Source: Vampirovibrionales bacterium (GTDB lineage: Bacteria; Cyanobacteriota; Vampirovibrionia; Vampirovibrionales; JAJTHC01). Taken from it: a DNA stretch of 64,000 bases. The translations under genes and the position numbers were made by a program. The stretch spans positions 6,174 to 70,173 of the forward strand of contig JBIKNF010000009.1 of the NCBI GenBank assembly GCA_044358835.1, given 5' to 3'. Positions 29,155-38,419 of this stretch are shown here, piece after piece (within the stretch, counting starts at the first letter, position 1; every line of letters starts with the position of its first letter). A model generated the notes under the pieces. The model saw nothing but the letters and a program-made list of their open reading frames with translations. It did no database searches and was not told the origin of the DNA.

Positions 29155-29681
29155 ATCACCACTTCCACAAAGTAATTCACCAACGCTTGACCAAAGGCGG
29201 GGGCGGATTCAGGGCTATTGGCCGTGATGATCGAACCATCTACAACCACAGGTTGTTCAGAAAGGGTTGCTCCGCCTGATTTCAAAGCGTCGTGTGTTTC
29301 AGGCATCGACCATACGGTGGCTTGCTTACCTATTAAGATACCCGCTTTGGCTAGAACAGCAGGAGACACACAAATCGCTGAAACCAGCTTGCCTTCGTCA
29401 TAAAAAGCGTTCACCAAATCATGCAAAACGCTTGAATCCCATAAATGGGTCACACTTCCGTAGCCTCCAATAATCACCAAGGCATCATAATCATGCGAAC
29501 TACAGTGATCCAAAGGCACTTCAACATTTTCAAACATCCCGTGCATGCCTTCGGCTTCGCCTGTTTGGGTAGAAGCAATATGCACCAAATGCCCCGCCGA
29601 TTCAACGGCCTTTCGGGTTTCGACTAGTTCCGTGTCGTTAAATTGTTCAGGGGCAATAATTAACAAAAAGCGTTTACTCAT
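29151..29681 (-). CDS. DJ-1/PfpI family protein
   Basis: 176 aa. 'LLIIAPEQFNDTE...ALVIIGGYG...ICVSPAVLAKAGIL' gives a nucleophile-elbow Cys in a DJ-1-like context. Confidence 0.8.
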   Translation of the reverse strand: MSKRFLLIIAPEQFNDTELVETRKAVESAGHLVHIASTQTGEAEGMHGMFENVEVPLDHCSSHDYDALVIIGGYGSVTHLWDSSVLHDLVNAFYDEGKLVSAICVSPAVLAKAGILIGKQATVWSMPETHDALKSGGATLSEQPVVVDGSIITANSPESAPAFGQALVNYFVEVVI

Positions 29682-30771
29682 GATTTTCTTCCTCAGGCTT
29701 GGCTTTTTCTTGACTGAAATCTATTTTTCCGTTGGCAGAATGCAGGACCAACCCTTGTAAAGCAACTGAAGCACTGTCTTCTGCTTTTGAAGCCACATTG
29801 ACCCGCTTCACTAAGGTGACGACTCCACTCAATGTTAGGCTAACGGCCGGTTCGCCATTGGGGCCTAGCACGCGTTTGCCTTGCAACAGGCCTAAACTAG
29901 CACTCACCATTTCATTACGACTATGGGTATTGGCTGTAAACACGCGTTCTAAGGTGTTTTGGGCAGGGGCCAGTACACGCATGGCATTTACAATATGGGG
30001 GTGAGGGTACACCATTTCAGAACGATTGACTGAAGTCATGGCAACGCTATTGGGGGGAAAGCCCGCTTCAACGGCGGCGGTATAGCTTTGCCCAGCAAAG
30101 ACTTTGTCTGGCACAGAAAACTCTATTCCTAAACCGTTTGTATTGCCGTAACGCAACACGGCGTCTTCATAAAGGGATTGATCACTGTCAATACGCCATA
30201 CGTCTCCGATTTTGCGAAGGTACATTAAGTTACGCGAACGAGTGGCTAGCGTGCCGGTTTCGTTTTTTTTCAAAAAGAGTGACGATTCCGCAGGAACGCC
30301 TGTGGCCAAAATATCCATGGGGGTGGGTAAGCCTGTGGCTAAGCTCACGTCTTCTGTTTCTACGGTAATCCAGTTGCCGTTGACGCGAATTTCTAGGATG
30401 CTTGAATTGTACTGCATATTAGGGTATTGTTCCCATGTTTCTAAAACCAGCTTCCGCAATTCAGAACGTGTGAGGTTGTCTCCGCTAATGTAGGCGTTGG
30501 CGTAATACTTCATAAAACCGTCGATGTCTCGGCGCTTGGCGGCATCTAGCAAACCTTCCACCACGGCTAAGACTTCAAGGACGCGTTCATCAGAAGTAGA
30601 AGCCCCCGTTACGGTGACGTTTTTTAAGGCTGGATTTGTTTTTGAAGCTCCCCATTGAGGCATCCGCGCGTGGGCCTGAGCAATAAGTGGCTGAGGCATC
30701 ACCTGTAGTACAGCACACAGCACCAGCAGTCCAACGGTAAAGGCGTTTCGTATGAAAGAAGAAAGACGCAT
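29674..30771 (-). CDS. Hypothetical secreted protein with N-terminal NTF2/SnoaL-like domain
   Basis: 365 aa with a signal peptide. 'LDAAKRRDIDGFMKYYANAYISGD' is NTF2-like. Overlaps the DJ-1 gene by 8 nt, so probably an operon. Confidence 0.5.
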   Translation of the reverse strand: MRLSSFIRNAFTVGLLVLCAVLQVMPQPLIAQAHARMPQWGASKTNPALKNVTVTGASTSDERVLEVLAVVEGLLDAAKRRDIDGFMKYYANAYISGDNLTRSELRKLVLETWEQYPNMQYNSSILEIRVNGNWITVETEDVSLATGLPTPMDILATGVPAESSLFLKKNETGTLATRSRNLMYLRKIGDVWRIDSDQSLYEDAVLRYGNTNGLGIEFSVPDKVFAGQSYTAAVEAGFPPNSVAMTSVNRSEMVYPHPHIVNAMRVLAPAQNTLERVFTANTHSRNEMVSASLGLLQGKRVLGPNGEPAVSLTLSGVVTLVKRVNVASKAEDSASVALQGLVLHSANGKIDFSQEKAKPEEENHE

Positions 30772-30908
30772 AAAAATCTCACTTTTGTAAACATTAAAAT
30801 AAGGAATAAGAATATAGTACCATTTTTTTCGACTTTGTTGTACACTTCAGGCAGATTCATTTCTGACTTAGGTTCTTAAATTTCTTTAAAAACAAAAAGG
30901 AGCCGATA

Positions 30909-31220
30909 ATGTTTAAACTGCAAACCCCTCTTCTCTTTTTTGCGATTGCTTTAATTCCGAATGTTTCCTTTCTGCTTGCCACGCTTCGTTTTTGCAAACG
31001 TCAGCATTTGCCAAGCGTTCCGTGGATGGCGTCGACTTTTTTAGTCCCTTTTATTGCTGTTCCTTCCTTGTATGCGCGATTTCAACCAGAAAGTAAACAG
31101 CAGGGCGTTTTTTGGAAGTTCTTTGCCATGGTGTTGGCCATGAATCTTCTTTTCTTGTTTGTGGCTTGGGTGGTTGAACATTCTAGCAGTCTGCAATTAA
31201 ATGCCTTTCTCTCTCATTAA
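30909..31220 (+). CDS. Small hypothetical membrane protein
   Basis: 103-aa ORF with three hydrophobic segments. Weak support. Confidence 0.3.
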   Translation: MFKLQTPLLFFAIALIPNVSFLLATLRFCKRQHLPSVPWMASTFLVPFIAVPSLYARFQPESKQQGVFWKFFAMVLAMNLLFLFVAWVVEHSSSLQLNAFLSH

Positions 31221-31253
31221 ACGTAGTCTTATATAATAGAAAGTTCGTCCCTT

Positions 31254-31940
31254 ATGATGGCAAACATCTTTTCGAAAGTCTGCCCAATTAAAATCCATGA
31301 CAGTAAAATTGTGATTTCCGTTCCTAGTAAAGCCTTGGCCCCTGAAGCCGAAGTAGGGGTGCCTGAAATCGTGATGGTGGGACGTTCCAATGTGGGGAAA
31401 TCGTCGTGGATTAATTCAATGCTTGGGCGAAAGAATTTGGCCAGAACGTCAAACACGCCAGGTAAAACCCGCCTAATGAACTTTTACGAAGCCACCTGTA
31501 GTAGTGAAACCATGGCTGTGCCGCGGCGCTGGTCAATTGTCGATTTGCCGGGTTACGGGTATGCCAAAGTTTCTAAAAAAGAAATGGCCGAATGGAATAA
31601 GAACTTTCAATATTACTTAAAAAACCGCACGAACATTGACATGGTCATCCAGTTGATTGACGCGCGTCATGGCTTTATGGATTCTGACATTGACATGTTG
31701 GATTGGTTGCTCTTTCATGACTTGCCTGTGATGATTGTGATTACCAAAGTAGACAAATGTACCAATCGGCAGCGGGCTGAAAGTATTCAAACGGCCAAAA
31801 AATTGCTGGACAAAGCAGGCCTCGCTCAATTGCCCATCATTGCCTTTTCGGCCGAATCGCATGAAGGGCGTGTGCCGTGCTGGTTGTACTTGGCGGATCA
31901 AGTGGGTTTGGCACACTTGCAGGATGCTCAAACGCCTTAA
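31254..31940 (+). CDS. engB: Ribosome biogenesis GTPase EngB/YihA
   Basis: 'VGRSNVGKSSWINSMLGRKNLARTSNTPGKTRLMNFY' is G1-G2, then 'DLPGYGYA' and 'TKVDK'. Confidence 0.85.
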   Translation: MMANIFSKVCPIKIHDSKIVISVPSKALAPEAEVGVPEIVMVGRSNVGKSSWINSMLGRKNLARTSNTPGKTRLMNFYEATCSSETMAVPRRWSIVDLPGYGYAKVSKKEMAEWNKNFQYYLKNRTNIDMVIQLIDARHGFMDSDIDMLDWLLFHDLPVMIVITKVDKCTNRQRAESIQTAKKLLDKAGLAQLPIIAFSAESHEGRVPCWLYLADQVGLAHLQDAQTP

Positions 31941-33208
31941 GCCTCACAAAGTCCCCGTAAACGTTGAGATCGTTCTTGAATTAAGGCGATAATTCGCTCG
32001 AAAATGTTCGATTGAACGCCTTCTTGCTTTAAGCGTTCTTTCAAGGCTTCTGCTTTTTCAGGGGTTTCTTTTGCAAGCTTTAGCAGTCTTTTTTCTAAAT
32101 GGCGTTGAGCCACTTTCGTGTTAGGCACCAAGGTATGCCAATGCCTAAGCAGTAGTTCATCAGGATTTTTCCGCCCCCCAATGTGCATCGCCATGTGAGC
32201 ATCAAACGCAGGATAAATCGCCAAGCTGAGTAGATCATACATCGGTGCAAGGCGAGCTTTTTCTTTGTCATACAGCAATGAAAAATTTTTGCCGTGGGCG
32301 TCCGTATTACCAATTAAATAGTTAAAAATAAGGCGATCTGTAAAACTCATTTTGTCTTTCGCGGGGTGCATAGAAGCGTTGTCTAAAAGCGTTAGGCAGG
32401 CGTGAATGCTGGGTCCTCCTTCGCTTTCATATTTTTGTTCAGGCACAATGGCTAAAGCTTGGCAAAAATCTTCTTGATGCAAACGTTGAATAGAGCCGTC
32501 CTTACGATGAATGCGGTCATAACGTTCCACCAAGTAACAGGGTGTTTCTTCTGCCCAATACAAAAAGGTGTGAGGCGTTTCAAAACCCATGGCATGAGCT
32601 AGTCGCATGCAAAACAGTTCATTTAAGCAACTGTCTTCAAGCCTTTGAAGCGGGGGCTTCAAAATATGCGTGGTGGGTGCATCGCCTTGGGACAAATGAA
32701 TTTGTCCATTTTTATACACAATCGCCAATTTTTGTTGGGCGCCTGCAAGCGACAACCGTAAGCCATTTTCTCCTGCTAGTAAAGGACGTTGCTCTAAGCG
32801 TTTGAGCAAATAAAGCACCGCCTTTTCATCGAGGGGGAGGGCGTCTAAAGGCGATTTCGACTTGTCCACACAGGCGGTTTCTTCAATCGGATGGATCGAG
32901 ATCGCTCCTGCACATTCACCGCCAATGGCGTTCAATAAGGCAAAGGGGTTTTTCTGCGAAACACCGACTTGCCTTGCCAAACGTTCACGCTCGCCTTCAT
33001 CGGGCAGTATGCCTGAAAAAAAGGCTTTGACTGCCTTGCCTTCTAGTCGTTTTTTTTGCACAGGCAAGGCAAAAGAAATCGCAAGCCCTTCACGTTCGAT
33101 ATAGGCTTCATCATATTCAAAGCCTAGGTCGCCTCCTTGCACTTGCAGGAGCTGACCCACATAATCGTCATAAAAAAAGACGTTCAAGCGTCGTTCAATG
33201 GGCTTCAC
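31937..33208 (-). CDS. hipA: HipA-family serine/threonine kinase toxin
   Basis: 423 aa. 'LSLAGAQQKLAIVYKNGQIHLSQGDAPTTHILKPP' parallels E. coli HipA 'ISVAGAQEKTALL...TPTTHIIKLP'. 'NTDAHGKNFSLLYD' is the catalytic-loop equivalent. Confidence 0.85.
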   Translation of the reverse strand: MKPIERRLNVFFYDDYVGQLLQVQGGDLGFEYDEAYIEREGLAISFALPVQKKRLEGKAVKAFFSGILPDEGERERLARQVGVSQKNPFALLNAIGGECAGAISIHPIEETACVDKSKSPLDALPLDEKAVLYLLKRLEQRPLLAGENGLRLSLAGAQQKLAIVYKNGQIHLSQGDAPTTHILKPPLQRLEDSCLNELFCMRLAHAMGFETPHTFLYWAEETPCYLVERYDRIHRKDGSIQRLHQEDFCQALAIVPEQKYESEGGPSIHACLTLLDNASMHPAKDKMSFTDRLIFNYLIGNTDAHGKNFSLLYDKEKARLAPMYDLLSLAIYPAFDAHMAMHIGGRKNPDELLLRHWHTLVPNTKVAQRHLEKRLLKLAKETPEKAEALKERLKQEGVQSNIFERIIALIQERSQRLRGLCEA

Positions 33209-33423
33209 GACTCGATTCCCTTAATAAAAATCTCTACACCCACCGCTTTTAAGACGCTTAAGGTCTTGCCCAAATGGCACGAGGCTTTGCCGTGTTCGAG
33301 CTCTCGTACAAAGCGAATCCCCACGCCACTGGACGCCGCAAGTTCTTCTTGAGTTAGGCCTTGAGCTTTTCGTTCGGTTTTAACGTGAAACCCGAGTTTA
33401 ATACTATCTTCAATCAGAAACAT
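33205..33423 (-). CDS. hipB: HipB-like XRE-family HTH antitoxin
   Basis: 72 aa. 'GLTQEELAASSGVGIRFVRELEHGK' is an HTH. Its stop overlaps the hipA start (ATGA). Confidence 0.8.
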   Translation of the reverse strand: MFLIEDSIKLGFHVKTERKAQGLTQEELAASSGVGIRFVRELEHGKASCHLGKTLSVLKAVGVEIFIKGIES

Positions 33424-33427
33424 AAAT

Positions 33428-33546
33428 AATCCCTTTCGGGGTGATTATAACATAATCGACCCCGTTTGTGTTAAAAAAATCCCGAAAGGGATGATTTAGG
33501 ACATTCTTCAATAGAAAAACGGAAAATAATCCCGTTCGGGGTTTTT
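33428..33546. promoter_or_regulatory. Three operator-like palindromes (ATCCC-N4-GGGAT type) spaced exactly 50 bp apart upstream of hipB
   Basis: 33428..33446 'aatccctttcggggtgatt'. 33478..33496 'aatcccgaaagggatgatt'. 33528..33546 'aatcccgttcggggttttt'. Analogous to the E. coli HipB TATCC-N8-GGATA operators. Confidence 0.55.
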
Positions 33547-33693
33547 ACAAATTTTGGAGGAGCTTTTATTTCTTGCCTTGTCTTTTTTTGTGACTGCATT
33601 ATAATGAAATAAGATTGTGGAGTCTGGCGCACATCTATGATGTATGTCTGGCTGTTGTGATGTCTGAATTATGTAAAAAGGAGCCTCTGCAAA

Positions 33694-34521
33694 ATGCTAG
33701 AAGCCTTTTTGTCCAAGAACCTCGTCACCCAAGGGTTTGGCAAAACCGATCGTAAAGACGCCTGGTGGTGGGAACAGGTATTCACTGTTGTGACCTTAAC
33801 GGTGTTTGGTTTGTACGGTGTTTACCGTGCGTTTGAAAATGGATTTTACGAAGTGGGGCCGTATTTGTCCCCTTTTTATTCGCCGAACTTAAAGGCGATG
33901 TTTCCACAAGCCTTTGAATGGCTCAAGCTTTCCCCAGCCTTTTTGATTTTATGGGCGCCTTTGGGCTTCCGTGGAACGTGCTATTTTTATCGTCGTACTT
34001 ACTATCGGGCGATTTTTAACGACCCTCCTGCTTGTGCGGTAGACAAACCCAAGCAAGGGATTTTGCGTCCTTTGGCAGATTACACGGGAGAAACGCTTTT
34101 TCCCTTTATTTTGCAAAACTTCCACCGTTACTTTTTGTACGTAGCACTTGTGTTGGTGGTGTTTCACTGGGTGCATGCCTTTGAATCCATTTTTTACAAC
34201 GGTCAAATGGGCTTTGGTGTGGGTTCGTTAATCGTGTGGCTGGACACAATCATGCTGACGCTGTATGTCTTTTCTTGCCATAGTTTGCGTCACCTCATTG
34301 GTGGAAAGCTTAATAGCTTTACAGGCGGTATTTTTAATCGCATTGCGTACTTAAAGTGGTTTAATCAAACCAAGTTGAACCAAGAACATTGGCTCTATGC
34401 GTGGGTTTCGTTATTTACTGTTGGCTTATGTGATTTATACATTCGCTTGGTGGCCAACGGAACGTTGATCGATTGGAACACTTGGGGTATTAACTGGTTG
34501 AACACGGGTTGTTCAGGTTAA
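33694..34521 (+). CDS. sdhC: Succinate dehydrogenase/fumarate reductase cytochrome b subunit (5-TM, B. subtilis/Wolinella type)
   Basis: 275 aa, polytopic, with conserved His residues in the TM helices. Immediately upstream of the flavoprotein and Fe-S subunits. Confidence 0.7.
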   Translation: MLEAFLSKNLVTQGFGKTDRKDAWWWEQVFTVVTLTVFGLYGVYRAFENGFYEVGPYLSPFYSPNLKAMFPQAFEWLKLSPAFLILWAPLGFRGTCYFYRRTYYRAIFNDPPACAVDKPKQGILRPLADYTGETLFPFILQNFHRYFLYVALVLVVFHWVHAFESIFYNGQMGFGVGSLIVWLDTIMLTLYVFSCHSLRHLIGGKLNSFTGGIFNRIAYLKWFNQTKLNQEHWLYAWVSLFTVGLCDLYIRLVANGTLIDWNTWGINWLNTGCSG

Positions 34522-34567
34522 TTCCACTTCGTTATTAGACGATTGAAATGAAAGAGTTAGGACTTCT

Positions 34568-36337
34568 ATGATGTCTGTTCATTACGAAACAAAAACCTAT
34601 GACGTACTGGTAATCGGGGCAGGTGGGGCAGGCTTAAGGGCTGCTATTGAAGCGTCCGCCCAAGGCGTTTCGGTGGCTTTAGTCACCAAGTCGTTACTGG
34701 GTAAAGCCCATACTGTTATGGCTGAAGGCGGAATGGCTGCCGCGCTTTCCTATGTGGATGCCGATGACTGCTGGCAAGCCCATTATAAAGACACCATTCG
34801 TGGTGGCAAATACTTGAGCAATTACCGTATGGCTGAATTGCACGCCAAAGAAGCGCCTGAACGAGTCAAAGAACTCGAAAAATGGGGGGCTGTTTTTGAT
34901 CGAACACCCGATGGGCGTATTTTACAGCGTCCTTTTGGAGGGCACACCTACCGCAGGTTGGCTCACGTGGGAGACCGTACTGGTTTAGAACTCATTCGTA
35001 CCTTACAAGACAAAGGCATTCATTGTGGCATTGATGTACACATGGAATGTACGATGACACACCTGTTGAAAGACGGCGAACAAGTTTCAGGCGCCTTTGG
35101 CTACTGGCGAGAAAGCGGTCGTTTTATTTTGATTAACGCCAAAGCCGTGATTTTGTGTACAGGGGGCATTGGTAAGGCCTACAAAGTCACTTCCAATAGT
35201 TGGGAATATACGGCTGATGGTCAAGCCATGGCTTTGAAGCTAGGTGCTGAACTCATTGATATGGAGTTCTTACAGTTTCACCCCACAGGGATGGTCTGTC
35301 CCCCTTCTGTAAAAGGTATTTTGGTGACTGAAGCCGTTCGTGGTGAAGGCGGTAAATTGACCAATGCTCTAGGGGAACGTTTTATGAAGAATTACGACCC
35401 TGAACGCATGGAACTTTCCACGAGGGACATTGTTTCCAAAGCCATTTACACGGAAGTTAAAGAAGGTCGTGGCTCACCCAATGGTGGGGTGTTCTTGGAT
35501 ATTTCGCACCGTGGAGCGGACTATATTAAGCGGAAATTACCTTCCATGTACCACCAGTTTTTAGAACTCGGTGATATAGATATTACCAAAGGGCCGATGG
35601 AAGTGGGCCCCACCATGCACTACACCATGGGCGGTGTTCGTGTGCATCCTGAAACACAGGAAGCGTTGAATGTTACAGGTCTCTTTGCCGCAGGTGAAGT
35701 TTCCGGAGGCTTGCATGGTGGTAACCGCTTGGGTGGAAACTCATTGAGCGATTTAATCGTTTTTGGTCAACGCGCGGGCAAATACGCCGCCGAATTTGCT
35801 AAGCAACAAACCGTCTTGCCCAAAATTAATGATGAAGAAATCAAAGCGTACGCCGAAGAATTGGTGGCTCCCTTTGAACGTGATTCTAAGGCGGAAACAC
35901 CTTATCAGATTCAAGCAGACTTGCAAGAATTGATGGGTACTAAAGTCGGGATTGTACGTGAAGAACAAGGCCTTAAAGAAGCTATTGAAGAACTTCAAGT
36001 GCTTAAGGCTCGGGCTAAAGTAGCGCGTGTGGATGGCAGCCGCGCTTACAACCCCGGCTGGCATTTGTCGCATGACATTCACAACATGATTTTAGTGGGT
36101 GAAGTAGTGGCGCGTGCTGCGCTTCAGCGTACCGAAAGCCGTGGGGGCCATACCCGTTTAGATCACTTGGAATCGGATAATGAACACTGGCGCTTCCGTA
36201 ACAGTACCATTCGTTTGAATTCTTCGGGTGAACTAGACGTGGCTACCTATGAAAAGTCTCAAATGGATGCTGAGCTTCGTGACTTATTTCAAAAGCCTGA
36301 AGAACTTGCCATTACACAAAGCAAGCAGAAAATATAG
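34568..36337 (+). CDS. sdhA: Succinate dehydrogenase/fumarate reductase flavoprotein subunit
   Basis: 'DVLVIGAGGAGLRAA' is the FAD fold. 'HYTMGGV' region. 'RSHT' covalent-FAD region 'AHTVMAEGG'. 589 aa. Confidence 0.95.
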   Translation: MMSVHYETKTYDVLVIGAGGAGLRAAIEASAQGVSVALVTKSLLGKAHTVMAEGGMAAALSYVDADDCWQAHYKDTIRGGKYLSNYRMAELHAKEAPERVKELEKWGAVFDRTPDGRILQRPFGGHTYRRLAHVGDRTGLELIRTLQDKGIHCGIDVHMECTMTHLLKDGEQVSGAFGYWRESGRFILINAKAVILCTGGIGKAYKVTSNSWEYTADGQAMALKLGAELIDMEFLQFHPTGMVCPPSVKGILVTEAVRGEGGKLTNALGERFMKNYDPERMELSTRDIVSKAIYTEVKEGRGSPNGGVFLDISHRGADYIKRKLPSMYHQFLELGDIDITKGPMEVGPTMHYTMGGVRVHPETQEALNVTGLFAAGEVSGGLHGGNRLGGNSLSDLIVFGQRAGKYAAEFAKQQTVLPKINDEEIKAYAEELVAPFERDSKAETPYQIQADLQELMGTKVGIVREEQGLKEAIEELQVLKARAKVARVDGSRAYNPGWHLSHDIHNMILVGEVVARAALQRTESRGGHTRLDHLESDNEHWRFRNSTIRLNSSGELDVATYEKSQMDAELRDLFQKPEELAITQSKQKI

Positions 36338-36352
36338 GAAAGGAACGCTCTT

Positions 36353-37123
36353 ATGATGATGAATCAAGGCGTTGTGGATCGTGAGTTTCACGTGTTTCGT
36401 GGTTTGCCGGATGCTGATGGTGAACACGTGGGCGAAGTCAAAGCCTTTACCGTCCCTGTTCAACCGGGGTGGGTGGTGTTGGATGCGTTAATGTGGTTGC
36501 AAGCGCATCACGCCCCTGATTTAGCCATTCGCTGGAATTGTAAGGCGGCTAAATGTGGTTCTTGTGCGGCTGAAATAAACGGTTTACCTAGTTTAATGTG
36601 TAAAACTCGTTTGGATCACATGCCTCAAGACAAACCCGTGTTGGTTCGGCCTATGCGTACCTTCCCCCTGATTAAGGATTTGGTAACAGATGTGAGCTGG
36701 AACTATGAAATCAACAAACGCATCACGCCTTTTACCCCTTATAATGAAGATCAATCCACGTGGCGTTACTTTCAAGAAGATGCCGATCGCGTGCAAGAGT
36801 TTCGTAAGTGTATTGAATGTTTCTTGTGTCAAAACTCGTGTCACGTCATTCGGCACCACCGTAAGTTTAACCACTTTGCGGGCCCGCGCTTCTTGGTGCG
36901 TTTGGCGTCCCTTGAAATGCACCCCCTTGATGTCGCGGATCGCATTCCTTTTATCAAGGAAGAAGCGGGCATTGGGCTTTGCAACATTACCAAGTGTTGC
37001 ACGGAACGTTGCCCTGAAGATATTCGTATTACGGACAATGCCATTATTCCCCTAAAAGAACGTGTGGTGGATCGTTACTACGACCCAATTACGATGCTTT
37101 TACATAAAATTGGCATTAAATAA
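36353..37123 (+). CDS. sdhB: Succinate dehydrogenase/fumarate reductase iron-sulfur subunit
   Basis: 2Fe-2S 'CKAAKCGSCA'. 4Fe-4S and 3Fe-4S clusters 'CIECFLCQNSC' and 'CTERCP'. Confidence 0.95.
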   Translation: MMMNQGVVDREFHVFRGLPDADGEHVGEVKAFTVPVQPGWVVLDALMWLQAHHAPDLAIRWNCKAAKCGSCAAEINGLPSLMCKTRLDHMPQDKPVLVRPMRTFPLIKDLVTDVSWNYEINKRITPFTPYNEDQSTWRYFQEDADRVQEFRKCIECFLCQNSCHVIRHHRKFNHFAGPRFLVRLASLEMHPLDVADRIPFIKEEAGIGLCNITKCCTERCPEDIRITDNAIIPLKERVVDRYYDPITMLLHKIGIK

Positions 37124-37153
37124 GCCTAAATACCGCACGTTTCGTTTGTAAAC

Positions 37154-37666
37154 GTGCGGTATTTAAAAGAAAGTCTTACGTCTATGTCATTCCGCAGTCC
37201 ACAACAAGTCATCAATATGCACCAGTACCGAAAAGTGGCTATTTGGCAACGCGTTTTCGGAGCATTGGCTTACCCTGTTTTCTTTTATTACAGCTTGAAA
37301 TTGGGTGGGCTGAATTTGCTCCCCTTTTTGATGATGTTTCTCGTGATGTGGCTGATTTGCCGAAGCGGTAAGTTGAAGACCCCTGTTTTTGTGAAGTATC
37401 ATGTCGCCCAAGCCTTTGCGATCGCCGTGATTGTCGATGTATTGCGTATGCTGATGAATGCCATTTTAGATGTTTTTCTCGCGGCTCTGCCCTTCTTTAG
37501 TTTTTTACCCGTGCGAGAATGGACGGTGCAACTAACGCTCGGCTTTGCTAGCCTGTGGTTACTCGCGTTGGCTGGATTTGCTTTGTATAATATCGTCTTG
37601 ACACTGATGGGTCGTCAGCAAGAGTTTCCGCTTTCTAGTAAAGTCGCCAAACGCATTGTCTATTAA
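37154..37666 (+). CDS. Hypothetical small membrane protein
   Basis: 170-aa ORF with 3-4 TM segments. The start is uncertain, with alternative Mets at 37184 and 37217. Confidence 0.4.
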   Translation: MRYLKESLTSMSFRSPQQVINMHQYRKVAIWQRVFGALAYPVFFYYSLKLGGLNLLPFLMMFLVMWLICRSGKLKTPVFVKYHVAQAFAIAVIVDVLRMLMNAILDVFLAALPFFSFLPVREWTVQLTLGFASLWLLALAGFALYNIVLTLMGRQQEFPLSSKVAKRIVY

Positions 37667-37679
37667 GGAATCTTCTCGT

Positions 37680-38360
37680 ATGTCCGCTTCAAAACCAGTC
37701 GTTTTAGGCTTAACGGGTGCTTCGGGTAGTATTTTGGGCTTACGCTTACTCAAAGAACTGCTCCTGCTGAAGGTGCCAGTGGATGTTATTTTTTCTGAAC
37801 ACGCCAGCCTTGTCATGCAACAAGAACTAGGGGTGGCCATTGAAGGCCATACCTTAGACGAAAAAAAGGCATCGTTGCTACGGCTAATGAAACTTGAAGC
37901 GTCTACTTACGGCGTCCAATTGACCCTGTATTCCAACAAAAACATTGGTGCCAAACCCGCCAGTGGCACGCATCTTCACAGGGGAATGGTGATTGCCCCT
38001 TGTTCGATGGGAACCTTGGCCCACATTGCCCAAGGCATGAGCGATAGTTTACTCACTCGTGCGGCGGATGTCACCTTAAAAGAAGGACGCCCCTTGATTT
38101 TACTGCCTCGTGAAACGCCTTTCAATGCGATTCACCTTCAAAATATGTTGACTTTGGCACAGCTCAATGTGCGAATCATCCCGCCGATGTTGTCTTTTTA
38201 CAGCCCTGACTTTTTGAGTTTAGAAGGTCAGATTTTATATACAGTGGGCAAAGTTTTGGATCAATTGGGCTTAGAACATCAGCTTTACCAACGCTGGCAA
38301 GGCCTAAGCACGACGCTTCAATCCCCTGAACTTGCCCAAATCTATGAAACACTCCTTTAA
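37680..38360 (+). CDS. ubiX: Flavin prenyltransferase UbiX family
   Basis: 'KPVVLGLTGASGSILGLRLLKELL' and 'VIAPCSMGTLAHIAQGMSDSLLTRAADV'. Start taken at the second Met (37680). Confidence 0.85.
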   Translation: MSASKPVVLGLTGASGSILGLRLLKELLLLKVPVDVIFSEHASLVMQQELGVAIEGHTLDEKKASLLRLMKLEASTYGVQLTLYSNKNIGAKPASGTHLHRGMVIAPCSMGTLAHIAQGMSDSLLTRAADVTLKEGRPLILLPRETPFNAIHLQNMLTLAQLNVRIIPPMLSFYSPDFLSLEGQILYTVGKVLDQLGLEHQLYQRWQGLSTTLQSPELAQIYETLL

Positions 38361-38419
38361 GCACTCGCCTAAACACGAAAAAGTGACCCCGCTTTTTAGA
38401 CCCAAAGGATCCCCCCTCT

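Noticed and set aside
36593-37055. ORFs 36593..36922 (-), 36705..37055 (+) and 36841..37044 (-) inside sdhB
   Set aside because: All overlap the unmistakable Fe-S subunit gene in other frames.
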